Notes: a model not told the origin generated them from the letters alone. 64,000 nt of DNA from Promethearchaeota archaeon (GCA_030603385.1 JAUVXW010000014.1:17402-81401); one strand, 5' to 3'. Shown: positions 39,304 to 49,812, counted from the first letter of the stretch. Numbers and translations: made by a program.

Positions 39304-39337
39304 TTTTTTAGGATTTTTATTAAAAAAAGTGAGATAA

Positions 39338-40927
39338 GTGAAAGAAAAAGAAATAAACCGAAGAAGTAAGTTAAATTTAGATTTTTCAATTGTAGAAAAA
39401 GCAAGAGAAGCAGCAAAGGTCATTGCGTTAGATACTCAGAAATTCATAGTTCAGCATACAACTACCACAATTGAAAGGACAGTCTGCAGATTATTTGGTA
39501 TTGATGGTGTAGATGAATTTGATATACCATTACCAAATATCGTAGTTGATAATATAGAAAAGGGAAATGGTTTAGGGATCGGTGCTGCAATCCATATAGG
39601 AAATGCAATATTGCATACTAATCTTTCACCTCAAGAAATTGCAGAAAAAGTTGTAAAAGATGAATTAGATTTAACTAAACTTTCTCTAAAAGACATTTCA
39701 GAAATAAAAGCAACAGTAAACATAATTGCTCAAGAAAAATTGGCACTTATTACTCAAAAAAAGAAAACAAGAGATAAATTACTCAAAAAGTATGGTGATA
39801 AGGAAGGACCTCTTATTTATGTTATTGTAGCAACGGGTAATATTTTTGAAGATATTATTCAGGCTCAAGCAGCAGCTAGACAAGGAGCTGATGTAATCGC
39901 AGTTATAAGGTCTACAGTTCAGAGTTTACTAGATTATGTACCTTATGGCGCTACAACTGAAGGTTTTGGGGGAACATATGCTACCCAGGAGAACTTTCGA
40001 TTAATGAGAAAGGCATTGGATGAGGTTGGTGAAGAATTAGGACGATATGTTAGGTTAACAAATTATTGTTCTGGTTTATGTATGCCTGAGATTGCAGCAC
40101 TGGGTGCGTTTGAAAGACTTGATATGATGCTTAATGATGCTCTATATGGAATCCTTTTTCGAGACATAAATATGAAAAGAACCATTGTCGATCAATATTT
40201 TTCAAGAATGATAAATGCTTATGCGGGAGTAATTATTAATACAGGTGAAGATAATTATCTAACTACTGCAGATGCATTTGAAGCAGCTCATACTGTTCTT
40301 GCTTCTGAATTTATTAACGAACAATTTGCGCTGCTTGCAGGGTTGAAAGAAGAACAGATGGGCTTAGGTCATGCGTTTGAAATGAATCCTGAATTAGAGA
40401 ATGGGTTTTTGTATGAACTTGCTCAAGCCCAAATGGCTCGAGAAATATTTCCAAAAGCTCCTTTGAAATATATGCCTCCTACAAAATTCAAGACAGGTAA
40501 CATCTTCAAAGGCCATATTCAAGATGCATTATTCAATATGATTACAATTATGACCAACCAAAGAATACATCTACTAGGTATGTTAACCGAAGCAATACAT
40601 ACCCCCTTTATGGCAGATAGAGCTTTATCTATAGAAAATGCACGTTATATCTTTAAAAATATGAAATCAATAAGTGAGGAAATTGAGTTTAAAAATGGGG
40701 GAATAATGGAAAAAAGAGCCAATGAGGTTCTTATTAAAGCATATAATTTACTAAAAGGAATTGAAAACCAAGGACTATTTAAAACCATTGAAAAAGGGAT
40801 TTTTGCTGGAATTAAACGATCTATGGATGGCGGTAAGGGGTTAAGTGGAGTAATTTTAAAAGAGAAAGAATACATTAACCCATTTATGGATTTAATGAGT
40901 TATGAATTAAAAAAAGGAGGGATTTAA
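39338..40927 (+). CDS. kamD: Beta-lysine/D-lysine 5,6-aminomutase alpha subunit
   Basis: IVATGNIFED, AVIRST.QSLLDYVPYG, NYCSGLCMPEIA, LNDALYGILFRDINM, KYMPPTK. Confidence 0.95.
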   Translation: MKEKEINRRSKLNLDFSIVEKAREAAKVIALDTQKFIVQHTTTTIERTVCRLFGIDGVDEFDIPLPNIVVDNIEKGNGLGIGAAIHIGNAILHTNLSPQEIAEKVVKDELDLTKLSLKDISEIKATVNIIAQEKLALITQKKKTRDKLLKKYGDKEGPLIYVIVATGNIFEDIIQAQAAARQGADVIAVIRSTVQSLLDYVPYGATTEGFGGTYATQENFRLMRKALDEVGEELGRYVRLTNYCSGLCMPEIAALGAFERLDMMLNDALYGILFRDINMKRTIVDQYFSRMINAYAGVIINTGEDNYLTTADAFEAAHTVLASEFINEQFALLAGLKEEQMGLGHAFEMNPELENGFLYELAQAQMAREIFPKAPLKYMPPTKFKTGNIFKGHIQDALFNMITIMTNQRIHLLGMLTEAIHTPFMADRALSIENARYIFKNMKSISEEIEFKNGGIMEKRANEVLIKAYNLLKGIENQGLFKTIEKGIFAGIKRSMDGGKGLSGVILKEKEYINPFMDLMSYELKKGGI

Positions 40928-40928
40928 G

Positions 40929-41717
40929 ATGGGAGGAGGATTAAATTCAACTAAAAAAGAGGATTTTGATAAATCTCTTGATTTAACAGAAGTAAAGCCA
41001 TATGGGGATACGATGAATGACGGAAAAACACAAGTGAGCTTTACTCTTCCTATAAACGATAGTGAAAAAGCAATTATAGCAGCTCAAGAATTAGCTAAGA
41101 AAATGGGTATAAAAGACCCAACTATAGTTTATCATATCCAATTAGATATAGGGTTTACATTTTTTATACTTTATGGTTCTTTAATTCATACTATTGATTT
41201 TACTAAAATTAAAGTAGAATCAATAGAAGTAGAAGCATTGTCAATAAAGAAGATTAATGCCTATATAAAAGAAAGCTTTAAGCGTAAAATTGTTGTTCTT
41301 GGTGCAACCACAGGCACAGATGCTCATACTGTAGGAATTGATGCGATAATGAATATGAAAGGATTTGCAGGTCACTATGGTCTTGAAAGCTACGAAATGA
41401 TTGAAGCTTATAATCTTGGCAGTCAGGTAACAAATGAAGAATTCGTGAAAAAGGCAATACAATTAAAGGCTGACATTTTGCTTGTTTCACAAACAGTTAC
41501 CCAAAAAGGGATTCATGTTAAAAATTTAACTAACTTGGTGGAACTCTTAGAGGCAGAAGGGATTAGAGATAAAATTATTTTGATTTGTGGAGGTGCACGA
41601 ATTAGTAATGAATTAGCAAAAGAATTAGGATATGATGCGGGATTTGGACCAAATACTTATGCTAATATTGTTGCTACTTATGCAATTAAAGAGCTCTTTG
41701 GAAGGATGAATAGATAA
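40929..41717 (+). CDS. kamE: Lysine 5,6-aminomutase beta (B12-binding) subunit
   Basis: KPYGDTMNDG, GTDAHTVGIDAIMNMKG, NLGSQV, VSQTVTQ, ELGYDAGFGP. Confidence 0.95.
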   Translation: MGGGLNSTKKEDFDKSLDLTEVKPYGDTMNDGKTQVSFTLPINDSEKAIIAAQELAKKMGIKDPTIVYHIQLDIGFTFFILYGSLIHTIDFTKIKVESIEVEALSIKKINAYIKESFKRKIVVLGATTGTDAHTVGIDAIMNMKGFAGHYGLESYEMIEAYNLGSQVTNEEFVKKAIQLKADILLVSQTVTQKGIHVKNLTNLVELLEAEGIRDKIILICGGARISNELAKELGYDAGFGPNTYANIVATYAIKELFGRMNR

Positions 41718-41760
41718 GAAATTAATAACTACACTAAAAAAAAAAAAAAGATTATTTATT

Positions 41761-43601
41761 GAGTAAATTTTAACTTTTAATCCTTTTATTTTTTTCTTTT
41801 TTTTTACTCGGTTTTTCGAGTTAGGATAATAATCCATAACGATTTTTAATTCGTCGGCGTAATACATCTTCGGAATTAAAGTAAATATATCCCGAGTTCT
41901 GTGCTTCATAAGGAAGCATTAGTTTAAAATTGGAATTCCTGGAAGACTCAAAAGAAGAAGGCTTCATGATTAAATTGGGGCGTCCTAATTTATACGCGGT
42001 CAGCGCTTTCAGCAGTGCTAAAATATAAAGAATTGATCGAAGCTTTATCGCCGCATCCATTCCCCGCGTATTCATCCGAAAGGCATTGTAAAACGTATTA
42101 TTGTAAGAATTTCCTTGTTCAATCATCGGTCGAAAGCTGTAGATCTTGAGAAAATACTCATCCGACCATCCTTTTGGGATATAGTCTATGTTGAAGAAAA
42201 ATCCTTTTTTTAACTCTCTTACAGGATGGGTTTTCAGGTTTTTTCGCGCTCGAATAATTGGTATTAGCCCTTTAAACCGGATATTCTCCATGTTTTGCAG
42301 AGAATAGGGTTCCGAATCTGCGATGAGTACTTGCCATTCATATTCTGTTTGTGAAAAAAAATCTTCCATTGTTTCTTTAAACGCGAGGATATCGTTCCGA
42401 TTTCCGGCAAACATCTTGAAATGTATGGGAAACCAGCGATTAAAACAATGAGCATATAATATTCCTGGATCATATCCTACTCCCTTTTTTATGCCATTAT
42501 GTCGACAATATCCAGCATCAGGATCAGTATATGTTGAGTGTCCTTTCTTTTTATTATTGTTACAATTTGAACGTATGAATTGGCCATCCCAAATTAGGAT
42601 TCTTGGGATAATAATCCCACAATCAATGCATTCCTTTACCAATAGCTGAAAAAACTCAAAAAGCGCTTCAGACGGGATTCTGGTCATTACATAACTGATA
42701 TCTTGTGCTTTTGGAAAGAATTTAGGGTTATGAGTAATGCTGAATAAGGGCGGATAAGAAAGAAATCTCCCCATTCTTTCAATTCCAGAGTAATTCTTAA
42801 AGCCCAAGTTAATCCGCAGCATTTCATATGCAAGTACATCTTCAATAAACATATCCTTAAATGAAACGCCGTCATCCTCAAGAACACCTTGTAAATCCTG
42901 GAAAAAGCTAAAATCGTTAAATTCAAATAGGTTTTCAAAGAATCCACCAAATCCTTTAAGATACCGATGCATATCCCATTCCATTTTAGAGATCACTCCC
43001 ATTCCAAAATCTTCAAAACGAGGGATTTTCACGCGAGGGAACCGATATAAGTATTTATCCTTTAGTTTAGGCTCCCAATCTATGAAATCTTGAATCCTTT
43101 TCTGAGATTTAGATAATGTCCTCGTAGTAGATGGTGCTCGCTTCCCCCAAGTGGGATGTATTGGAATCCATCGAAATCTTTTTCGGGCAATTCTGTAATC
43201 TTTTGGAACGTTCATGTCGTACTGTTCAATAGATATTAACCCTATAAAATCTGTCAATTGTGTTTGGTAAATACTGGGCTTTATTTTGTATAAGATTATT
43301 ATCATGATGAGTCAATTTTATGATCTATAATAAAACATTAGATAATCGCCTATTTATTCTTTTTGGTTAATGTCTAAATCTACAATTGATCACTTATAAC
43401 TTTCATCCCTTAGATACTCTTCAATATGAATAGAATCTTAGAGAACTTAACCTTGGTGCTTTGATTTTACGCTCGCTTCTCTTGTAATGGAGGTTTCAAA
43501 TCGCACGACATAAATCTAATAGGTATAGAACTATTATAAAGGAAGTAATTAATACAAGAATAAGTAAAAAAAATAAAAAAATTAAAAGTTAAAATTTACT
43601 C
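41761..43601. mobile_element. Insertion sequence (1841 bp; IS4/IS5/IS1182-superfamily DDE)
   Basis: Perfect 21-bp terminal IR GAGTAAATTTTAACTTTTAAT (41761-41781 / 43581-43601), extendable to about 35 bp with 2 mismatches; flanked on both sides by TATT. Confidence 0.75.
41821..43305 (-). CDS. DDE transposase
   Basis: IWDGQFI, TDPDAGY, LIADS, YSFRPMIEQ (YxxRxxIE); higher GC than the flanks. Confidence 0.85.
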   Translation of the reverse strand: MIIILYKIKPSIYQTQLTDFIGLISIEQYDMNVPKDYRIARKRFRWIPIHPTWGKRAPSTTRTLSKSQKRIQDFIDWEPKLKDKYLYRFPRVKIPRFEDFGMGVISKMEWDMHRYLKGFGGFFENLFEFNDFSFFQDLQGVLEDDGVSFKDMFIEDVLAYEMLRINLGFKNYSGIERMGRFLSYPPLFSITHNPKFFPKAQDISYVMTRIPSEALFEFFQLLVKECIDCGIIIPRILIWDGQFIRSNCNNNKKKGHSTYTDPDAGYCRHNGIKKGVGYDPGILYAHCFNRWFPIHFKMFAGNRNDILAFKETMEDFFSQTEYEWQVLIADSEPYSLQNMENIRFKGLIPIIRARKNLKTHPVRELKKGFFFNIDYIPKGWSDEYFLKIYSFRPMIEQGNSYNNTFYNAFRMNTRGMDAAIKLRSILYILALLKALTAYKLGRPNLIMKPSSFESSRNSNFKLMLPYEAQNSGYIYFNSEDVLRRRIKNRYGLLS

Positions 43602-43632
43602 TATTATTATTTGATTATTTTTCTTCCACTTT

Positions 43633-46080
43633 CTAATAGTTAAAATATAAGACTGATTCTCGAACTTTCCATATATCCCAGAAATAGTATCGCATTGGTT
43701 TATACGTCCAAGTTTCATACAAAGCTAATTGATCGTAAGCATGAGGACTTGGAACTCCCATGTAGTTGACAAATCCACTTTGCCCGGGTGGAATTACGTT
43801 GACTGCATGTGGTGCGGGTTTCCACCATCGATTCCACCCTCTTCCTTTTATCATTTCTGCTATCTGGTTATAGGTACCACGATTCATACCATGCATAGTT
43901 GGAGCTGGTAAAGCACCTTGTGCGCTAAATGTTACTGTTTGAATCGGAGTAAGCCAAGTTGACATGTCTGGTCCGTATTTTGATTGTAAGTATATAATGG
44001 CTTCTTTAAGTACTCGATTTATAACTTCATATTTCTCTTCGCCATTTAAATAATCATAGTATAATGGCAATTTTGAATCTACACCATCAAATACGTGTAT
44101 TAATGTACTTGTTCCTGCTCCTGCACCAGAAGGAATGTCATCGTCAAAAACTTCATTATCTATATTACGATACCATCTTTCGAAGATTGTAAGTCCTGGA
44201 TCATCATATGTAGCTGTAGGATCAGGCCAACTTGGATTTAATACATCATTGTAATGAAGGTTCCATCCTTCCAAGTATGGTAAAGCTGCTTGAATGTCAG
44301 GATCCATAGATGTGCTCGCTGCTTCAATTAGATCATCAAGAAAACTCATTGCAGGAATGTGATTGTATCCCGCATCCATGTTTATTCTATTCATATCTTC
44401 AAAAGAGATTTTATCATCAGATGCCAGAAGATCTTGTATTCGTTTGACACGATGCCCTTCACCCCAATCTGCTTCTCCATATGGCCAATCTGCTATTGGT
44501 TTATTATTCCAATTAGCAAGAAATCCTTGTTTTGGATCGATGCACTTAGGCATTTCACTAAATCCTGTAAGACCAACCCATTCTTCTTCACCCGTTCCGT
44601 ATAAAGGTAATCTGTCATCAATAGGTCGACCATCCCTTCCTGTTTCTGGTTTTATTGGAAATGTTCCAGCATGCCAAAATCCTACTCTTCCATGTCTATC
44701 CGCCCATAAGAAGTTATGATTCGGTTGTATTGTTTTAACAGCTTTTTGAAAATCCCAGATATTTCTTGCTTGTTGAAAGAGAGACCAACCTTCTTCTGCG
44801 GCCATCTCATTCTTATAGTATGGTGCTTTTATTGTGAAAGCAAGATGGTTAACCTCGTCAATAAAGAGTATCGGACCATGTACCGTACGATAGATCTCTT
44901 CTTCTCTAGTAGGTTCAAAAGGGGAATAAAATGTTTCAGTTCTGACTTCCATATCTATAAATTCACCATTATACAAGTATTGAGTATGATCAGTTGGATT
45001 TAGAGTTTCAATATAGGTATCCATTACATCTGAACCCCCAGTTGTAGATGTCCAAGCGCCGTCTTTACTAACACCAATTAATATTGAAGGTGATTGGGGC
45101 ATCATCATACCCACAGCATCAATACCAGCACCATGCAATCCCATTTCTAGGACAATCTGAGGAATTGTTTGACCCATTTGAGGCCCTCCTAATTCCATTG
45201 CATTGCGTGTTGTCGTCTTTTTTGGATGAACAACCCATGCGTTACTTCCAAATTTGGTTGGAATCCCAAGAGATTCGAATAATTGAGTTTGTCCCATTTG
45301 TATTTGTTCATATTCATTATACAATGTTCCAAAATTTCCAGGTAATTCCATCATGGGATTAGATATTTTATTGTTAGAAAATTTGCCTCCAGTACCAGGA
45401 ATTGTAACTTCAGCACCTGGATCTTGTTGAGGATAAAGATCATTAAACATCAACCATCCTTCCGTTTCTCCATGTGCCGCTTGCAATGCTTGCAATGCTG
45501 CAAAATATGAAAGTTCATTTCCACCAGTTCCGCCAAACCTCCAAGCCATCATAACCGTAACAACTACACTATCTTCGATAGAGAATGGTTCAAGCGGGAG
45601 TTCATATGCAAGATATTCTGCGGGAACAAGAGATGGATCTCCCCCCGCGAGGGCAGTTAAAGCTTCTGTAATATAGTAATTAATACCATCAATATATGCT
45701 AAATTCATTTCTTTTAACTTTGCTTTAGGGTTAATAGGTTCCCACTTATCAAAAATTTCTTTTAATTCTTCCCTACTATATCCTAATTTCCTTGTTTCAT
45801 AATCTTGATCAATAGTTGCCAAACCAAATTCCGCTAGATTTCCGAAAGCAGATCGTCTGTAGATATCTGCTTGCCATAATCTATCCTGAGCCATAGCGTA
45901 TCCTGCGCCAAAACCCAAACCCTCTTTAGTCTTTGCAAAAACATGCGGAACACCATAATCATCTCTAATAATTGTAATTCTTTTACGATTCCAGCCTTTA
46001 CATGCATAGACAGGAGATAATGGGATAAACAATAACAAGACCATTAATGACAGAGCAAGAACTGTTATTTTTTTTTTCAT
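43633..46080 (-). CDS. Secreted penicillin acylase/AHL acylase family Ntn-hydrolase (S45)
   Basis: Signal peptide MKKKITVLALSLMVLLLFIPLSPVYA; RDDYGVPH, GYAMAQDRLWQ, GSNAW nucleophile, RTVHGP, NWNNKP, PPGQSG; likely start 46080. Confidence 0.9.
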   Translation of the reverse strand: MKKKITVLALSLMVLLLFIPLSPVYACKGWNRKRITIIRDDYGVPHVFAKTKEGLGFGAGYAMAQDRLWQADIYRRSAFGNLAEFGLATIDQDYETRKLGYSREELKEIFDKWEPINPKAKLKEMNLAYIDGINYYITEALTALAGGDPSLVPAEYLAYELPLEPFSIEDSVVVTVMMAWRFGGTGGNELSYFAALQALQAAHGETEGWLMFNDLYPQQDPGAEVTIPGTGGKFSNNKISNPMMELPGNFGTLYNEYEQIQMGQTQLFESLGIPTKFGSNAWVVHPKKTTTRNAMELGGPQMGQTIPQIVLEMGLHGAGIDAVGMMMPQSPSILIGVSKDGAWTSTTGGSDVMDTYIETLNPTDHTQYLYNGEFIDMEVRTETFYSPFEPTREEEIYRTVHGPILFIDEVNHLAFTIKAPYYKNEMAAEEGWSLFQQARNIWDFQKAVKTIQPNHNFLWADRHGRVGFWHAGTFPIKPETGRDGRPIDDRLPLYGTGEEEWVGLTGFSEMPKCIDPKQGFLANWNNKPIADWPYGEADWGEGHRVKRIQDLLASDDKISFEDMNRINMDAGYNHIPAMSFLDDLIEAASTSMDPDIQAALPYLEGWNLHYNDVLNPSWPDPTATYDDPGLTIFERWYRNIDNEVFDDDIPSGAGAGTSTLIHVFDGVDSKLPLYYDYLNGEEKYEVINRVLKEAIIYLQSKYGPDMSTWLTPIQTVTFSAQGALPAPTMHGMNRGTYNQIAEMIKGRGWNRWWKPAPHAVNVIPPGQSGFVNYMGVPSPHAYDQLALYETWTYKPMRYYFWDIWKVRESVLYFNY

Positions 46081-46354
46081 TTTTTTGAGATCACTTTTTT
46101 TTGGATATTCATTTTTATAAAATTTATGCAAGTAATATGTTTGACACTTTAATATATAAATCTTCTTTTTTCGAAATTAAAGTTTAAAATATAAGTAGAT
46201 TTAGACAATTTTATAATGATAACTTAGTAAATGACATACTTTTAAGAAAATTAAATAAACTTGCATAATCCCCAAATTAATTTGAAAAAAGTTTAATGAA
46301 TCTTTTCATTTCATTTTATAGTAATCTGTTAATATAAGATAAATTTGAATCATC

Positions 46355-47611
46355 ATGCCAAGTTCTAAAGAGTATATTGATTTAGATAATGAATATTGCG
46401 CTCATAATTACCATCCTATTCCTGTTGTGATATCAAGAGCAGAAGGGGTTTGGGTTTATGATCCAGAAGGAAAGAAGTATTTGGACTGTTTATCAGCATA
46501 TTCAAGCCAGAATACGGGGCATTGTCATCCCGAAATTATCGCAGCTTTAAAAGAACAGGCAGATATTGTTACCCTAACTTCGCGGGCATTTCATAATGAT
46601 TTAATGGGTCCATTTTTGAAAATGTTAGCCGAAGTTGTGGGCCCACACATCAACGATCCAACAAATTCGGGTATAATGAGCATTCCTATGAACACAGGAA
46701 CTGAAGCAGTTTCAACGGGATTAAAAGTAGCTAGAGCATGGGGTTATATTAAGAAAAAAATCCCAAAAAACGAAGCTAAGATAATTGTCTGCAGAAATAA
46801 TTTTCATGGAAGGACAATTACTATTGTAGGTTTTAGTTCTGATATTTCAGTTCGCTATCATGAAAATTTTGGACCATATACCCCGGGATTTATCATGATA
46901 CCGTATGGAGATGCTAAAGAATTAAAGAATACAATTTTAGATTTAGGACCTGAAAAAGTTGCTGCTTTTTTGTTTGAGCCCATTCAAGGCGAAGCGGGAG
47001 TAAATATCCCTCCAGAAGGATATTTAAAAAAGGTTAGAGAAATTTGCACAAAATATAATGTTTTGATGGTATTAGACGAGATTCAGACTGGTTTTTGTCG
47101 AACTGGAGAATTTTTTGCATGTGATCATGAGAAGGTGAAGCCAGATATGTTATTGTTGGGTAAAGCTCTAGGAGGTGGGGTTTATCCTGTTTCTGCATGT
47201 GTGGCGACTAAAGAAATAATAGGTCCTGATGTAATTAAACCTGGTACTCACGGGAGCACTTTCGGTGGAAACCCATTAGCATGTGCTGTAGCAATGAAAT
47301 CTATAGACATTCATTTACGCGAAAATCTCGCTGAACGAGCAAAAGAGATGGGTGCTTATTTTATTAAGAGACTCAAAGAGGTTGCAGAAAAAAAAACAAA
47401 AATTCCAATCAAAGACATAAGGGGAAAAGGACTACTGGTTGCTGTTGAATTTGCTGAAGATGCAAGGTATATTGTTGAAGAATTAAAAAATAATGGAATT
47501 TTAGCAAAAGATACTCATTCTACAACAATTAGGTTTGCTCCTCCATTGGTTATTACACGAGAAGAAATTGATTGGGCTATTGAAATTATTGAAAAAGTAC
47601 TCATCATGTAA
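46355..47611 (+). CDS. rocD: Ornithine--oxo-acid aminotransferase
   Basis: AHNYHPIPVV, DCLSAYS, TLTSRAF, PMNTGTEAV, EPIQGEAGV, LGKALGGG, HGSTFGGNP. Confidence 0.92.
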   Translation: MPSSKEYIDLDNEYCAHNYHPIPVVISRAEGVWVYDPEGKKYLDCLSAYSSQNTGHCHPEIIAALKEQADIVTLTSRAFHNDLMGPFLKMLAEVVGPHINDPTNSGIMSIPMNTGTEAVSTGLKVARAWGYIKKKIPKNEAKIIVCRNNFHGRTITIVGFSSDISVRYHENFGPYTPGFIMIPYGDAKELKNTILDLGPEKVAAFLFEPIQGEAGVNIPPEGYLKKVREICTKYNVLMVLDEIQTGFCRTGEFFACDHEKVKPDMLLLGKALGGGVYPVSACVATKEIIGPDVIKPGTHGSTFGGNPLACAVAMKSIDIHLRENLAERAKEMGAYFIKRLKEVAEKKTKIPIKDIRGKGLLVAVEFAEDARYIVEELKNNGILAKDTHSTTIRFAPPLVITREEIDWAIEIIEKVLIM

Positions 47612-47672
47612 ATTTCAACTTTTAAGGTTAATTCCTAACTTTTTAATTCTTATTTAATTTTTTCCTCTTAGC

Positions 47673-48629
47673 GTGAGCAACAATAATTTAAAAAAAGGAC
47701 TTACTTTCGGATTAATTGGAGTCTTTTTAATAGGTCTGCAGCCGGTTATTTCCAACGCACGACCTTCAATTATCGATCCCTTTATTTTTGCTGCTATGAC
47801 AGCTCTAGTTGAAGCATTAATCTTCTTACCATTGTACCTCATTGAAAGAAGAGGATTAATTCAAAATAAGAATAAAGGATTTGATTTACAAATTAGAGAT
47901 TTATTGTTGAACGGGTGGAAGAAAAAGAAAAATTTATATCTCCTTATTACAATAGGCATTATCTTTAGCGTTGTTCCTGTCCTTTTATATATAGGTTTCG
48001 AAATAGCAGGAGCGATCAATAGTTCTCTTGTATTGAAAAGTGAAATAATATTCGCATTAATTTTTGGATCAATAATTCTCAAAGAAAAAAGAATCTCTAA
48101 AGTACAAATTATATTTTGTTTGGTTCTATTCTTCGGATTACTCCTTGCAATTACTCAAGGTTCATTTAATTTATTAGAATTTAACTTAGGTGTGATTATC
48201 TTAACCATAAGTGTTGCTCTATTTACATTTATTCATACGTTTACAAAAGCTGCATTTGATAGAAATGAAATATTTCCTACCCAAGTTGTTTTTGTGAGAA
48301 ACCTGATGAGTGGATTAATCTTATTTATATTATATCTATTTATTTTCCCTCTTGAAAATGTGCTGCTCATGTTTAATTTTCAAAACTTCATATTTATTTT
48401 GTTAATGGGTGTTGATTACGGTTTTAGCCTATTTCTTTGGTATAAAACCTTGACTTATATAGAAATAGGGAAGGCAAGTATCGTCAATTCTTTAACACCT
48501 ATAATATCAGCCTTTTTTGCTTGGATGATTCTGGGTGAGATATTTACTATATTCCACCTATTTGGTACTATAATCGTCATTCTTTCAATTTATATTATCG
48601 TGAGAGAGAAAGAAGTCTCAAAAATATAA
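47673..48629 (+). CDS. DMT/EamA family transporter
   Basis: About 10 TM segments in two EamA repeats (FALIFGSIILKEK; PIISAFFAWMILGE). Confidence 0.85.
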   Translation: MSNNNLKKGLTFGLIGVFLIGLQPVISNARPSIIDPFIFAAMTALVEALIFLPLYLIERRGLIQNKNKGFDLQIRDLLLNGWKKKKNLYLLITIGIIFSVVPVLLYIGFEIAGAINSSLVLKSEIIFALIFGSIILKEKRISKVQIIFCLVLFFGLLLAITQGSFNLLEFNLGVIILTISVALFTFIHTFTKAAFDRNEIFPTQVVFVRNLMSGLILFILYLFIFPLENVLLMFNFQNFIFILLMGVDYGFSLFLWYKTLTYIEIGKASIVNSLTPIISAFFAWMILGEIFTIFHLFGTIIVILSIYIIVREKEVSKI

Positions 48630-48728
48630 TGTTAAAACTTATTAAAGATAGATCTGATTTCGACTGATAAAACTATGATTTTATTTCAAATATTTAATAT
48701 GTAAGGTTTTCTTAAGTTTAGATAGGTC

Positions 48729-49250
48729 ATGAAAACAAATTTTTCTCAAGCGAAGAGTTGGATTGCTTCTTCGATTAATGATATAAAAAGAGTATTAAAT
48801 GACCTTAGTTTAAAGGATTTCTCCCGTGTTGCCTTTACAAGTCAATTCGCTGTAGAAAAACTAAATAAAGCGATTTTGAGTTTAATTGGAATAAAAATTG
48901 AAAAAACACATAATCCATCAGAAATATTAAAGGAAGTTTTTATAGATGAGGAAACTTTAAGTATTGATGAAAAAGCAAGAGAATGGATAGAAATTATTAT
49001 CCGAAATTCTGAGTTCTTTGAAAGGCAAGGTACAAAAACACGATATGGGATAATTGAGGGTGATAAAATAAGATTTCCCGAGGAAATATATAGTTCCTTT
49101 GAAGATATTCATAATTTTCTCGAAAATCTTAAAACTATAATTAATATGTATATAAAGCTTATGAAGGAAACTTTCAGACTCTCTAAGAAGGAATTTGAAT
49201 CAATAGAAGTGTTAAAAGAATTAGAAGGTGAAATAAGTAAATGGATATAA
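48729..49250 (+). CDS. HEPN domain protein
   Basis: AFTSQFAVEKLNKA, KTHNP, TRYG; overlaps the MNT gene. Confidence 0.8.
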   Translation: MKTNFSQAKSWIASSINDIKRVLNDLSLKDFSRVAFTSQFAVEKLNKAILSLIGIKIEKTHNPSEILKEVFIDEETLSIDEKAREWIEIIIRNSEFFERQGTKTRYGIIEGDKIRFPEEIYSSFEDIHNFLENLKTIINMYIKLMKETFRLSKKEFESIEVLKELEGEISKWI

Positions 49251-49729
49251 ATCTCTCTTTTATAAAAAATGAATATTTTTTAAGAAAGTTAGAAAATTGT
49301 ATTAATCAATTATTTCGCATAAAGAAAGAAATACAAGGAATAATATTATTTGGTTCTTTAGCTAGGGACAAAGCGATTTATTCTGCTAAAAAAATAAGTG
49401 ATATTGATATAATTGTTATTTTTAAGGATAATCAACTCCCAAAAAACCATAATGAAAGAATTAATCTTCAAATTAAACTAATGGATTTAAAAGAATTAGG
49501 TTTTGATTCTTTATGGATGACAGAATCCGAATTTAAAAACTTAGTTCAAATTAAAGCTGACATGATTTTAGACGTTTTAAATGAGGGAATTGTCTTATAT
49601 GATCCATATAGCTTAATAAATGAACAAAAAGGCAAATTATTTAAAGAATTAGAAGAAAAAGGTGTAATCAAACGTGAACATTATTGGATATGGCCTTTAA
49701 AAAATCTTGGAGATGAAATTGAGTGGTAG
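49241..49729 (+). CDS. MNT nucleotidyltransferase
   Basis: ILFGSLARD...SDIDII, EGIVLYD. Confidence 0.85.
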   Translation: MDINLSFIKNEYFLRKLENCINQLFRIKKEIQGIILFGSLARDKAIYSAKKISDIDIIVIFKDNQLPKNHNERINLQIKLMDLKELGFDSLWMTESEFKNLVQIKADMILDVLNEGIVLYDPYSLINEQKGKLFKELEEKGVIKREHYWIWPLKNLGDEIEW

Positions 49730-49812
49730 AAATTAACTTCCTATTATGGTTTTAAGAATTCCTTTTTAAAAAGTTAAGACTTAATAATCATATATTTTTT
49801 TCTACTAATATT

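Noticed and set aside
41441-41450. Isolated TCGTGAAA copies inside kamE, the GNAT gene and the RdhA-like gene
   Set aside because: Single arms in coding DNA with no partner arm, at about the frequency expected by chance.
41736-41749. Poly-A run after kamE as a phase-variation tract
   Set aside because: It is intergenic, and such runs are common in this AT-rich genome; more likely terminator-related.
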